Part shown: positions 47,703 to 61,568 of the stretch, one piece after another | Numbering within the stretch: position 1 is the stretch's first letter | Layout of the letters: each line of letters begins with the position of its first letter | NCBI RefSeq assembly: GCF_048593235.1 | Contig: NC_133618.1 | Span: 35,808,478-35,872,477, forward strand | DNA length: 64,000 nt | From: Sminthopsis crassicaudata | Taxonomy: Eukaryota | Direction: 5' to 3' | Notes under the pieces: generated by a model | The model's database searches: none | Told to the model about the DNA's origin: nothing | What the model saw: only the letters and a program-made list of their open reading frames with translations | Program-made: the position numbers and the translations under genes

Positions 47703-50700
47703 TCTCCAACATGTGATTTCTCCCCTCCGTCCTTTGTGAGTTCCTGGGGAACGAGGACCAGCTTACTGTTGCCCTTGTGTCTCTGGTTCTTAGCACAAGG
47801 CTTGGCCCATAACAAATGCCTGATCTGTACTTTTTTTATTTATTAATTTATTCATTGATTAAATGGGCTGTATAAGAAACCAAGCTTTGGATAGGCCCCT
47901 CTACAGCAAGAGAAACTCCTTTTTCTCTCATTGACTCCACACAGATCATCTTTGGGAATTTTGGGATATGAATTCCCATTCAAACAGAGTAGCCACAGGA
48001 AGGGCAGCTGCTGGGCAGCTCAGTGCATAGAGCACCAGAGCTAGAGACAAAAGGACTTGAGTCCAAATATGACATCAGATTTTTAGTAGGTGTGTGACAC
48101 TGGGCATGTCCCTTAACTCTGATGCCCCCTTTACCTGAAAAAAGCCCCCAGGATTCCCAAGGTATAATTTGATACAGAAGTGAAGGGAGATGTCTCTTCC
48201 TTAGACCATCATGTTTCCCATCAGTCTGCAAAACCTTCCCCAGAAGCACCTAGAGGCTCTCCCCTTGTCTGGACCTCCCAGGCCTAGCCTAGCTTCTCTC
48301 CATCCCTCCTCCTTCCTTCAGGGGTCACTGAGGCATGGTCAGGGCTGTGCTCGGCACCTGTCCCACATTGCTCCTCCCCATCATTGTGTCCTGTCTTTGT
48401 CCACCTCTGCACATGGCCAATGCCTGTCCTCAGCTCACAAGAAATAAAAGTCACTCTGCCATAGATGGGCACTGAACTCTGACTTCATCCCTTCTGCCCT
48501 CCACAGCCTACAGGTGGTATTTTCTCTTCTGCTCTAGAATCTGACCCATTGCACTGCTGGGTATTGTGGAAAATAGTAAGGCTACATTTACAGATAAGAC
48601 ATGTGGAGGTAGCTTATATGAGATCCACTGTTAAAGTATTAATGACTTGGCAACAAGTGGGCTCTCTACTATGAGTGTGAGAGGATAATCAAAGTTCAAG
48701 GTCAAGTTGGGATTCTGGGAGATTGTATGGACAAAAAGTAATAAGAAAGCTTGGAACAGAGAGGGGCAATGGAAGGGGAGAAAACAGATGTTTTCTCATC
48801 CAAGAGTCTGCTAGTCCAGTGAAATTACCATCGCATAACTTCATGGAAAATAAAATCAAAACAGGAATTAGCCTCTTTCTCTGAGGTCTGAAAAATCTTC
48901 TCCTGAGGCAGCCTAGAAAATCTGTATGCTCACTCTGGAGAAAAGACTCAGTTATAGTTTTCATCCAAAGGTCAGTTTTGTTCCCGACATGATTAAATTT
49001 AAGACTGGAAGAATAAGATATTCCTGATTTTAATATTATTGCATTATGGAACATTGTTTTTGCATTGTTTCTCTGGGGTTTACTAGATGCTACTAGTCTT
49101 TTGTGATATGAATCATTCCTTGTGCCTTGAAATGCTTCTTTCTGGTGTTTTACCACATTTTTTCTCTCCTATATATAACAGGAGTTTTAGGCATGCAGTT
49201 CCTGGAACTGTTTCCTTATGCTGCCATCTGAGTATAATCATACAGGGAATAAAATAGTTCTTTAATGAGGTAGAAAACTGTCAAGCATTTTGGATGAATA
49301 GAATAGAAATTAAATGATTAGCATATGAAAAGTGCTTTGCAAACATTAAAATGCAATATAATTTCTCATTAATATTATTATTAATATTAAATTTAGATAG
49401 TTTAAGAGCCTTGGTTATGATCATAGAGGCAACAGAACTAGACCTAACCCATTTCATAAGCTTCAAGACCAGTGATCTATGTACCAGGAGATCCAGGACA
49501 CTGAGATCTCTTTCAAAGTATTAGCAAGAGCTGAGATGGGGGGGGAAGACAGTGAGAAATAGGACTTCAGGATGAATCCTAGGTCAGAGCCTTAAAGATT
49601 TCAAAGGCAGTTGTTGCCCTCTACATCACTGAAACAAGAAGAAGAAGGTTGAGGGGGGAAGATAAATTTGGTTTTGAACATGTTGACTTTAAGATCTCCT
49701 GGATTTTCAATTAAGATGTCTGAAAGGCAGTAGGTGATACCAGTTTGGAGGGGGGCAGAGAGATAGGAACAGGAGAAGTAGATTTGTGAATTGTTAGCAA
49801 AGCAACATGAATTAAATTAGTGGGAGCTGGTGATGTCACCTACTAAAGTGATATAGAAGGTGAAGAGAAGAGGGGCCAGGACAGATCCCTGAAGAGTACC
49901 AATAGTTAAAGGACAGGATCTGAGAAAGGATCAAGAAAAAATGAGGGAAAATAATAAACATAATGAGCAAGATCATCATGTTTCCAGAGGATCAATGATG
50001 AAGTGTTCCACCCCTCCTGACAGAGAAGTCATAGACATGAGGGGCAGAGACTTATATTTCAAGGCACAGTTACTGTGTGGATTCATTTTGTTTGATTCTG
50101 TTTATTTCTTACAAGGCTATTGTTTTTTCCTCATTCATTCTCTTAGTTTTAATTGATGGTGAACAGAGAGGCAGATCAGAAGCAAATAGGTTTAGCAATA
50201 GTGATGAAAAACTGGGGAAATAACATTTTTCAAAATACCCTGAAAAGAAAAGGAGGCACTTTGCAGTGGAGTAAAGAAACACAGGAGACTTAGGAAATGA
50301 AATATATGGATTATCATATACTTTTTTAAAGTCAAAGTGTATGAAATGGAGAATCAGATTTTCATTCAGAATACTTTTTGTATGTTCATTTAGGCTGAAT
50401 GGAAATGTTCTTCTTTAAATATTTAAAAAAATATTTTAATTTAAATTTTAAAAATTAATTCTTTTTTAAAGCATGGACCTTTGTATATGGTTGGAGAGCT
50501 TCCATTGATTTAAATTCTTCCTTTGTCGACCAGGTCTCATATTCAAAGAATGTCACTCATGTACTGGTGGAATCATGAACACTTTATCTTTAAATCATCC
50601 TTCTCTTTCCATTTACATGTGGACTTATCCAGACATTCCCATTTAGTCCTTTCTCCCTAAGCACATGGACATTCTCTATGTAGGGGAGATGTCTTTTATG

Positions 50701-51229
50701 GAATGCTACTTTTTCTAAATAGGATCTATAAATACTTCTCTATGCCATGATATGACTACTTTAATTAATTTGATTAAATTATATAGATAGATTTCTTTTT
50801 ATTAAGGCTTTTTATTTTCAAAATTTATGCATAATTTTCAATATTCATCCTTGCAAAATTATCTAATGTTAAAATTAAACTTTTTATATTAATTCATAAA
50901 CATATCCCAACTTATTCTACTCAGTAACACTCCTTTTAAAGACAAAAACTAAATTAGAAAGAGGAAATAATATTATAGGTAGTTTTTTTCAGCAAGATGT
51001 AGATGTATCCATAATTTGCATATTATAATGACTTTATTTTGACTTAAATATATTAATATCTTTTATTTTTACCTTGAATTATAGGTATATCTCTGCTTGG
51101 TCTTGTACTCAAAGGACTATGACAAATAATAAAAAATAAAAAGGAGTGGGGAACAGTTCAGTAAAACCTACAAGTAAATTAACATAATACAGCACAAAGA
51201 GGAGAAGATCAGATTTTTCAACTCCTTTA

Positions 51230-52160
51230 CTGGGTCAAACACAGTCATTGCGGGGAGAAAGCATTGAGTTTGGTCAGGGAGGTTTTGTTTTTATTCACAT
51301 CACTGCATTCCTTCTATGTCTTGTTTAACTAGTGGTGCTTAGTGAACTCACTGGAACAGCATGTGGGAAGGAAGAACAAATAGAAACAAAGAATTCTCAA
51401 GAAGGGGGAGAATACAGAATCATCCAGAATATAATCTCAAAATATGTCAGGTGGCAAAAAAAAATGGGACAACTATTGGATGATCCATAGAATCCACTGT
51501 GTCCTGACCATGTCCCCAAACAATGGGGAAGGGCTCCCTTGGCTTTGGTAGAGCCTTCTCAGTGAACTTAGAAGGATGTTATAAAAGGGGTCTCACAGCA
51601 TGGGCGTGCATGACTGAGTGGGAATCTGCCCAGCTGCAAGTCACAGTCCTTGTCTGACACACTGTGACAGTTTGCGGTTCTATGTTAGAGAAATCACAAA
51701 TAAACAAACTGAATCCACAGAGTAGCCATGTCTGACATGGGTGTGTGTCTCTATCCTTTAAGTCCATCTCTTCTCTGTCAGGAGATGGATAACTCTTGTC
51801 TAGGTCCCAAGTTGTTCTAGATTTGTCCTGGTCAGAGCTCCCCTGAAATCCTGCTTTCCCTGCTGGGTGCCCCATGGGAAATGGCCTGAGGGAGGCTGGT
51901 GACCAGGCAGAGGGAGGATGTGGAAGGGACTAGAGGCTAAAAGACAGGAAGGTCACCTAAAGGAATTAGGGAGGCTGAGCTTGGGGGAGGAGCAACATGG
52001 GGCATGAAGTATCCACTTGCAAGCATTCAAAGGACTGTGCCAAGGATGGGGGTGGGACTTGTCTGGTACCAAAGCCCAGAAATGAGAACAAAGGGGGGAA
52101 GGTGCAGAGAAGCTGAGTTTAGACTCAATCTAAGAACAACCTCCCTGACAATGAGAACTA
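51230..52160. repeat. Cassette tail block downstream of V8
   Basis: Homologous to 37180-37950. Confidence 0.75.
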
Positions 52161-52748
52161 TGTAAAAGTACAATTGATGATCCAGTACTGGAGGCAGTAG
52201 TCATAAGAATAATGGCTAACATTGCTCAGAGGTTAGTAAGTTCCAAGCACAGTGCTAGGCACTTTACAATCATGATCTCACTTGATTCTCTCAACAACCC
52301 TAAAAGACTGAGACAGAGGTCAAGTGACTGGTCCAGAATCACACAACTGAAAAGGACTTCAGACTGCAATGGCATTCAGGTCTTCCTGACAATGTGGCTC
52401 TATCCACTGCATCAGTGAGCTCCCTTGGGAGTTAGGCCTCCCATCCTAGACATCTTCCAGAAAAAGCTACAAGAACACTATTTGAAGATCTGGAAAGAGG
52501 ACAGACGATCATATGTGGGTTAGACAAGCCCTACTTTGGGATGGGAATTAATTTTATTAATTTGATTGTGTCACCTCATGATTCTTGACTGGGAAAGCAA
52601 TCAAGGTCAGAACTCATCACAGCCATGGCATCATCCTCTGAGACCTGGAAAACTCCCCTAGAGGCAGCCCAGACAAGCTGCCTTCCTCCCAGATGAGGGG
52701 AACTAGCAACCCCCGCGGCACTGATGCCCTCTAAGCAGCTGCTGGGCA

Positions 52749-52776
52749 GGTTTTTGTTCGGGCCTGTATCACTGTG
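52749..52776 (-). other. Canonical 12-RSS of V8
   Basis: CACAGTG ATACAGGCCCGA ACAAAAACC. Confidence 0.97.
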
Positions 52777-53356
52777 GGAGGATAGCTATCCCACTGCTGA
52801 CAGTAATAGACTGCAGCGTCCTCAGACTCCACTTTGCTGATTGTGAGGGAGAAATCTGTCCCATACCCACTGCCACTGAACCGGGCAGGAACCCCTGAGT
52901 GCAGGATGTCTGCAGACCTAATGAGGAGCCGAGGGGCCTGCCCTGCTTTCTGTTGGTACCAGTTCAGGTAATAGCTAATACCCTGACTGGCCTTGCAGGA
53001 CATGGTGACTCTCTCTCCTGGAGATGCAGCCAGGGAAGCTGGAGTCTGGGTCAGCACAATGGCCCCTCGGGCATCTGGAATCACAAACACAAGAGAAATT
53101 GTGAGAACAATACCAGGCCAGATTCCCAGCAGGAGAAATCTCTCTGACTGTGGTAAATTAAACTTTCAGAGCTGGGTCTTGCCCCCATGATCCCATTGCA
53201 GAGCCACATTTTCCACCTGACCCTCAGAATCCCACACTTTCCACTCCTGGTGAGGGGGGGGGGAACAAAAGACAGGCTTGTCTCTGCTCTTCCTCACTCA
53301 CCTGGGATCCAGAATAACAGGACAAGGAACATCTGAGCCTGGAACCCCATGTCCAT
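52777..53356 (-). CDS. IGKV: Ig kappa V segment V8 (family I), open frame; leader exon 53356-53302, V exon 53074-52777
   Basis: [117 protein letters not shown]. Confidence 0.95.
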
Positions 53357-53400
53357 GTGCCTGAGCTCTGAGCTGCCCAGCACCTTCCTCCCCAGCTGCC

Positions 53401-53456
53401 TTTTTATAGCTGCTCTCAGCAGGGAGCTTCCTGTGCTGGGAGTGAGCCATGCAAAA
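53401..53456 (-). promoter_or_regulatory. V8 promoter: TATAAAAA plus TTTTGCAT
   Basis: 53408-53401 and 53456-53449. Confidence 0.8.
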
Positions 53457-55389
53457 CAGCCCAGGGAGGGAGGCTTCTGCTCAGAGGCAGGACCAGTGAT
53501 CTCCCTTCCTAGCTGGTCCAGAACTCTGAGTTGTATCAGTGCAGCATTCCCCTTCTGGGATCCTGGGATGGGGATATACCAGTTGGGTTAGACCCTACTC
53601 TTTCCTCATGAGCCCTGAAAACCTGCAAGATGCCAAGAAATCTCAGGAGCAGAGGGGGACCTGCCTAGAAGAGATTCACATATATGGTCAGTGATTTCAA
53701 GGGGATCGCCCTGCCTTGTAGCTTGTAGTGCCCCCCATAACTCATAATTCTTGTGAGATTTCACAGATGTTCACAGAAATAACTATGTGTGATTGTCAGG
53801 ACATCTCTGTAGGCATTCAAGTCAGAATAATACCAGAGAGTCGTTTCCTAGGGCTGATATATTTAATATTGAAACCCCCCCCCACTGCATAATTGGTACA
53901 GCTACTGCAGAAAGTTTCTGCTACCAAAATCCTTGGAAATGTCAAATGATTCAACATCATAAATTGATCTGCTTTGACCCAATGCATTAATGAAGAGAAA
54001 CTGCCATCACTTTTTCAGCACTTAGAAAACTCCAAGCAATTTCCCTCCAACCTGCAGCTGAAATCTCTAATAAGTGACATCTCTCCCTATTTCTCTGTGA
54101 GTCCCTGGGAGCAAAGACCCCTTTACTGTTCTCCTAATGTCTTCAGCTCTTAGAACAAGGCTTGGACCATAATAAATACCTAATCTGTATTTTTCCTTTA
54201 TTAATTTATTCATTGTTTAAATGGATTTTATAAAAATCTAAGCTTTAGATGGGCACCTCCAAACTAAAAGAAACTCCTTTTTCTTCCTCATTGACTCCAC
54301 ACAGATGATCTGGGAACTTTGGGATATGAATTCCCATTCAGTGTAGCCACAGGATCCTTTAAGAAGAATGTAAAGGCAGCTGCTGGGCAGCTCAGTTGAT
54401 AGAGTTCTAGAGTCAGGAAGATCTGAGTTCAAATATGACACCAGTTATTTACTAGCTGTGTCACCCCGTATGTTACTTAATGCTGTTGCCACCCTTACCC
54501 ACAAAAATCCTAAGATCACATGATTCTCAAGCTATAATTTGATGTAGCAGTGAAAGGAAATTTCTCTTCCACAGACCATAATGTTTCCTATCAGTCTGTC
54601 AGCCTCCTCTCCAGAGATTTATACAGGCTTTGCCCTTACCCTTGCCCCCGAGAGCTGGCCCATCCTCTCTCTATCCTGGCTCCTTCTCAAGCACCTGAGT
54701 GGTCCCTGGGGTGTGGTATTGGCTGTGCTAGACAGCTGTCCCCCACTGTTCCTCCCCATCATTGTTTTCAGTCTCTGTCCCTCCATGTATGTGGTCAATC
54801 CCTGTCCTCAGCTCACAGGAAATGAAAGTCACTATTAGATGGACACTGGCCCCAGCCTCCAGCCCTTCTTCCCTCCCCAGCCTCTGGGTGATATTTTCTC
54901 TCTTGCTGCAGGATCAGAGGTATTGCACTACTGAATATTGGGAAGAACAGAGAGGCTGCATATGCAAAGTTGACATGCTCCCAGACAAGAGGGTTTCCAT
55001 TATTTTGAGATCTTCCCTTGTCAACAAAGCCTGACTAGAAATGGTCGCATAGTGCAGTAGATAGTGTGCTAGACTTAGAATTAGAGGTTCTGAATTCAAA
55101 TCTAGCCTTTAACACTTAGTGGCTGTGAAACCCTGTGGAAGTCATTTATACTATATCTATTTCAGCTTCCTTGGTTCTAAAACCAACCAAGGAAACAGTT
55201 TTGTCACATAAAGGAGAGCAAAAGAGCCCAGTGTCTAAAAAACAAATATTTCATTTTCTTGCCAAGTAAAAATGCTAAAACTCAAGGGTAATGCCAGTTT
55301 GAAATATAACTTCATTTGCTGGATTTTGTAAAGAATTATAAGTGGAATTACCCCATTGGTGATGTTCCCATTCTATATACATATTTTGA

Positions 55390-55591
55390 GAAAGAAACAG
55401 ACAGAGCCCAAGACAGAAAGGCAGAGAGACAGGGACAGAGAAACAGGAAAGGGGGAAAGGAGGAGAGATAAATAGAGGGAGAAAAAGTAGGAGGAGGAAG
55501 AGAGAGGAGAGGGAGAGGGAAGCACAGAAAGGGGGAAGGGAGAGAGACAGACAGACAGGAAAGAGTTAGACAGACAGACAGATAGAGACCA
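55390..55591. repeat. GA/GACA-rich low-complexity tract
   Basis: Visible; abuts a gap. Confidence 0.9.
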
Positions 55592-55839
55592 NNNNNNNNN
55601 NNNNNNNNNNNNNNNNNNNNNNNNNNNNNNNNNNNNNNNNNNNNNNNNNNNNNNNNNNNNNNNNNNNNNNNNNNNNNNNNNNNNNNNNNNNNNNNNNNNN
55701 NNNNNNNNNNNNNNNNNNNNNNNNNNNNNNNNNNNNNNNNNNNNNNNNNNNNNNNNNNNNNNNNNNNNNNNNNNNNNNNNNNNNNNNNNNNNNNNNNNNN
55801 NNNNNNNNNNNNNNNNNNNNNNNNNNNNNNNNNNNNNNN
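55592..55839. other. Assembly gap (248 N)
   Basis: N run. Confidence 1.
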
Positions 55840-56869
55840 GAAGTATATTAAAGAAAAAAGCCACATCAAGACACTATTTTAAGGGATAAAAACAAAGAAA
55901 AGAAGGAGAAGGAGGTGGTAAATTTTTAAGATGTGAAGAAACTGCCAAGAAGAAGAAATTTGCCCTCCTCTTGTAAGGGTCACCAATCCAGTACTTCTAA
56001 GTTACAGTCCCCCAATTTTCTCTCTGTCCCACAATGGAGATAGAATGCCTTATATAGAAATCATACCCAGAGCTGCTGTTTGGCTAATAAAAGTAATGTG
56101 CAATAATCCTTGATATATTGGTTTGAACCAGATTCTGAAAAAGCAAATAACTGTGTTTTTCTAAGAGATGTTTGGAGAAAGGAAGGAGTCGCAAGGTAGG
56201 GAGAATATTTATTATTAAAAATTAGATCTGATCTTCAAATTTTGAGGTTTTTTTTTAAATTCAGAACCCCATGCATATAGAACCAGAAAGGTTCCATTAC
56301 TTTGATATCTTCTTCTGTCAACCTGACCTCATATGTAAAGTAGGTCTTGCTGTTAGAATCATGGACTCTTGTATCTTGATAAAATATTTCTCTTCCAAAA
56401 TCCCTATAGATTTATTCTGACTTCATATTTAATTATTTCAATCTTATCATTTAGATAGTATCTGTGTGTGGGACAGAGCATGTGGGGGAAGTTATTTTTT
56501 TTCCAAAATGGTATATATGCATTTGTAAATTCTATAATATTGATGCTTCCCTCAGTTTTGATTTTAATTTTTTTATTCTAGGTTAATTTTTCTATTAAAA
56601 AATCTTAGACTGATTCACAGATAGATCCCTGTCCATTCTTCTACTTTGCAATACAATTCTTAAAAGAAAACAAAAGGAAAGAAAGAAGGGGCAGAATTAT
56701 GATTAAATTTTATCTTCAATTATATTTATTTATATTGTTTCTTTTTACATTCATTTATAAATATATCTCTGTGACCATCTATATGCTAAGGATATAATAA
56801 GTACTATAAAATAAAAAGTAAGAGGGAAATCTTCAATGAAACCAACCAGCAAATTAATTCAGTGTAACA

Positions 56870-57610
56870 CAAAGTAAGGAAGTTCCAATTTCCCAGCTTC
56901 TTTCACAGATCTAGTTTGGCCATTGCAGGGATGAAGCATTTCATTTTGTTCCAATCTTTCTTTTTTCATTTACAGACTGAGGGTCCTTATATTTCTTGTT
57001 TTCCTAATGATGCTTAGGGAAGTCAATGGAGATGTATGTATCATGAAAAGAATAAATGGAAACAAAGAATTCTTAGGAAGGGGTAAAATAAATTACAACA
57101 TCCAAGATGTAAGCTCACAAATATGGCAATTGGTAAGAGAATGGGAAAACTGTTAGATGTCTATTTGCTCCACTCTGCACTGAATATATTCAGGGAAATG
57201 GAGAAGAGCCCCATTAGTTTGGGGGAAAACCCAGAGAATTTACCAAGGACATGACAAAAGTAGTCTCACAGCATGGACATGCACAGCTATGTTGACATCT
57301 TCAGAGTTGGAAGACCTAGACTCCAGTGAATGTCTGAGACCTGATGCTCTCCTGGTGTTCTGCCTTAGTCAAACCACAAAAAAAAAAAAAGAGTCCAACA
57401 AACTGAATCAGAAGAGTAGCAGAGTCTAACACAAGTCTGAAACAAGTCTTTCAATATTTTTCTAGAATTACCTGACCCATTATTTCTTATAGCACAGTAA
57501 CATTCCACCAAAATCATCTAGTACAACATGCTGAGCCATGATCCAGTCATTGGGCATCTTCTCAACTTCCAGTTCTTTACCACCATGAAGATGGCTGCTA
57601 CTATATTTAA
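56870..57610. repeat. V-less cassette: V4-type tail block fused directly to family II upstream sequence
   Basis: Junction at ~57431-57449 (acaagtct twice). Confidence 0.7.
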
Positions 57611-57829
57611 ATTAAATTTATTTATATTTATATTAAATTTAAATTATATATGTAATATTATATATATATTATAACTTATTATATATTTAATATATTTTAT
57701 TATATATTTATATATTAAATTTAAATTATTTATATTTAAAGTTCTTTTCCTTTTCACCTTATTATCTTGATAATGTAAATAAATATGATAATATAAGTGA
57801 AAGCGATGAATTTTTTTTAAAATATAAAT

Positions 57830-60650
57830 TGCCCAGATTAGCAGAGGAGGAAACAAACATAAATAGTGCCATTTTAGAAAAATAAATTGAACAAGATATT
57901 TATCATCTTCCTAAGAAAAAATCTCCAGGACTGGATAGATTTACATGTGAATCCTATCAAACATTTAAAGAACAATTAATTCCATTAATATGTAAACTCT
58001 TTTGAAAAATAAGGAAAGATGGAATCCTACCAAATTCTTTTTATGACACAGACACGGAGCTGATACCTAAACTAGGTAGGTCAAAACAGAGAAAGAAAAT
58101 CATAGGCCAATTTTCCTAATGGATATTGATACAAAAATTTTAACAAAATATTAGTAAAGAGATTGCAGCAAGTTATCCATAGGATAATACATCATGACCA
58201 AGTAGAATCATGACCAGGAATGAAGGACTGGTTCAATATTAGGAAAAGCCATTAGCATAATTGACTATATTAATAATCAAATTAACAAAAATCATATGAT
58301 TTTCTCAATAGATTCAGAAAAAGCATTTGACAAAATCCAACACCTGTTTCTATTAAAAATACTAGAGATTATAGGAATAAATGGAGTTTTCCTTAAAATG
58401 ATCAACATCTGGTTAAAGCCATCAGCAATCATCAGATTTAATGGATAAACTAGGACCCATTCCCAGTAAGATCAGGGGTGAAACAAGGCTGCCCACTATC
58501 ATCCTTACTATTTAATATTGTATTAGAAATGTTAGCTTTGACAATAAGAGAAGAATAAGAGATTAAAGAAATTGGAGTAGGCAATGAAGAAACCAAATTA
58601 TTACTCTTTGCAGATTATATGATAATATTATACTCAGAGAACCTTAGAGAGTCAACTAAAAAATTACTAGAAACAATTCACAATTTTAGCAAAGTTGCAG
58701 CTTTTGAGATAAGAACTTACTATTTGGCAAAAACTATTGGGAAAATTGGAAACTAGTGTGGCAGAAAATAGACACTGACCCATACCTTGCACCTTATACC
58801 AAGTTAAGATTAAAATAGATTTGTGATTTAGACAAAAAGAGTGAGCAAATTAAAAGAACAAGGGATAGTTTAACTCTCAGATCAGTGGAGAATGAAGAAA
58901 TTTGTGACCACAGAACTTGAGTACATTATTAAATGCAAAATGGATAATTTTGATTACATTAAGTTGAAAAGTTTTGTGCTAACAAAAACCAAAGCAGACA
59001 AAATTAGAAGGAAAGCAATAAACTGGCCTCATTTCTAAAATATATAGAGAATTGGCTAAGATTTATGAGAATTCAATTCATTCTCCAATTAACAAATGGC
59101 CAAAGGACATTTGTGTCCATTGGACAGGCAATTTTCAGATGAAGAAATTAAAACCATTTCTAGTCATATAAAAGTGCTCTAAATCATTATTGATCAGAGA
59201 AATGCAAATTAAGACAACTCTGAAGTATAACTACACACCTCTCTGATTGGCTAAAATGACAGGTAAAATAATGATGAGTGTTGGAGGGGATGTGGGAAAA
59301 CTGGGATACTAATACATTGTTGGTGGAGTTGTGAACTGATTCAATCATTCTAGAGAGCAGTTTAGAACTATGCCCAAAGGTCTATCAAACTGTGCATACC
59401 CTTTAATCCAGCAATTTTTATACTGGGCTTCTATCCTAAAGATATAATAAAGGATGGAAAAGGACCCACATGTGCAAAAATGTTTGTGGCAGCCCTTTTT
59501 TGTAGTGACAAGAAACTAAACACTGAGTTATGGTACATACATATTATGGAATATTAATGTTCTATAAGAAATGATCAGCAGGATGATTTCAGAAAGGCCT
59601 GGAGAGACTTACATGAATTGCTCCTAAGTGAAATGGGCTGAACCAGGAAATCATTATACATGGCAACAACAAGATTATATGATGATCAATTCTGATTGAT
59701 ATGGTTCTTTTCAACAGTGAGGTGATTCAGACGTTGCAATTGTCTTGTGATAAAGAGAGCCAACTGCACCCAAAGAGAAGACAGTGGAAACTGATTGTGG
59801 ATCACAAAATAGTATTTTCACTCTTTTTGTCATTGTTTCCCTGCATTTTTTCTTTCTCAATTTTTCCCCTTTTGATCTGATTTTTCTTACACAGCATATT
59901 TGTGGAAATATAGAGAGAGGAACTGCACATGTTTAGCATTTACTGGATCACTTGCTGACTGGGAGAGGGTATGGGGACAAGGGAGGAAAAAAATTAGAAC
60001 ACAGGGTTTTTGTAGGGATGAATATCAAAAATAATCTATATTGAATGCTATGGAATATTATTGTTCTGTAAGAAAAGACCAGCAGGATGATTTCAAAGAG
60101 GCTTGGAGAGACCTAAATGAACTGATGCAAAGTGAAATGATCAGAACTAGAAGATCATTATACACAGCAATAATAGGACTATATAATGATCAATTCTGAT
60201 GGAAGCGGCTCTCTTCAACATTGAGATGATTTGGACCAGTTCTACTTGTGCAATGATGAAGAGAACCATGTACACCCAGAGAGAGAACCATGGGAACAGA
60301 GGGTGGAACACAGCATAGCATTCTCTCTCTGTTTTTATTGGTTTGCATTTTGTTTCTTTTTTCTTAGTTTTTCTTTTTCTTCTTTCTTGAGCTGATTTTT
60401 CTTGTGCAACTGGATGGCTGTGTGAATATGTATACACATATTGGATCTGACATGCATTTCAGAATATTTGGCATGTATTGGACTACCTGTGGGGTGGGGG
60501 AGAGGATGAGGGGAAGAAGGGGGAATTTTGCAGCAGGGAGTTATTATACATGGGTCAATGTTGGAAAAATTATCCATGTACATGCTTTGTGAATAAAAAA
60601 CCTTAATTAAAAAAAAGAAAATTATCCATGTATATATTTTGAAAATAAGC
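57830..60650 (+). mobile_element. Degraded L1 cluster: ORF2 RT part, internal deletion at ~58700, C-terminus and 3'UTR, second L1 3' end from ~60040
   Basis: Alignable to 32990-33870 and 34480-35400 of the full-length L1, with many stops and indels. Confidence 0.88.
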
Positions 60651-60855
60651 TATAATTTTTAAAGTGTACGTAAAACAAAAACTCCATATCTTGAATATTT
60701 TATTTTGACTTCAGATAATTTTACTGTTTCCTTTTGTATTTTAATTATATTTACTTGCAACTATATCCTTGATACCTGCTCAGGTCAGTAACAACTCCCT
60801 CATCAAAATGATTTTTAAAAGAATTAAGAAAAACAGTTTAGTAAAAACCAAACTG

Positions 60856-60985
60856 TGGGGGCAGCTAGGTGGTGCAGTGGATAGAGCACCAGCCTTGAAT
60901 TCAGGAGGAACCGAGTTAAAATCTGGTCTCAGACACTTAACACTTCCTAGCTGTGTGACCCTGGGCAAGTCACTTAACCCCAGGC
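60856..60985 (+). mobile_element. WSINE1-like SINE
   Basis: gggggcagctaggtggtgcagtggatagagcaccagcc...tgtgtgaccctgggcaagtcacttaacccc. Confidence 0.85.
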
Positions 60986-61162
60986 TCAGAGAAAAGAAAA
61001 AGCCAAACTGTGCACACTTCTCATATCATATGTAAAATAAGACACTAAAGAAACCTTGTTTCCCAAAGCTAGAGAAATTAAATAGTTGATGAAAAATATA
61101 ATCAGTATTATACTGAAAAATGTTAAGATAGCTTTAAGAAAAAGTTGTAGGATACACTTTTA

Positions 61163-61568
61163 TGTAGCGAGCTATCGTCTCCAGAAGCTGCTGGATCGCT
61201 CTCTGGGAAGAGATCTGCTGTGTCTACTCAAATCTCTCAGACAGATTCTTCTTCCTGTAACGAACCGTTGTCTCCAGGCAGTTGCTGTTAACTCTTGTCC
61301 AAAGAAGTGACTTCCCTTCCTGCAGAGAGCCCCGTCAAGCCTGATGCAATTCAGAGTCTTCTCCTCTTCCTGGAGTGCTGTCCTCTTTATCCTCCCAGAG
61401 AATGGGCGTGGGATAATGCAAGGGCTTCTGGGAAGAACCACTTCAGCCAATGGGCTTGCTCCTTCTATCAAGTCAACCTGAGTTCTCACCTTGTAATTGT
61501 CCAGAAAACCTGAATTCTCACCTTGTCACTGTCCAGACAACCTCAGTTCTCACTTAGTAATCCTAACA
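61163..61568. mobile_element. Solo LTR, 406 bp, TG...CA, 6-bp TSD CTTTTA
   Basis: TSD 61157-61162 and 61569-61574; empty paralogous site gtaggatacacttttac at ~11892-11908; reverse complement starts TGTTAGGATTACTAAG. Confidence 0.88.

Larger units (their letters stand above)
44575..52650. repeat. Segmental duplication copy B
   Basis: Collinear with ~23506-38400 but lacks the L1 and the inner LTR. Confidence 0.85.
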
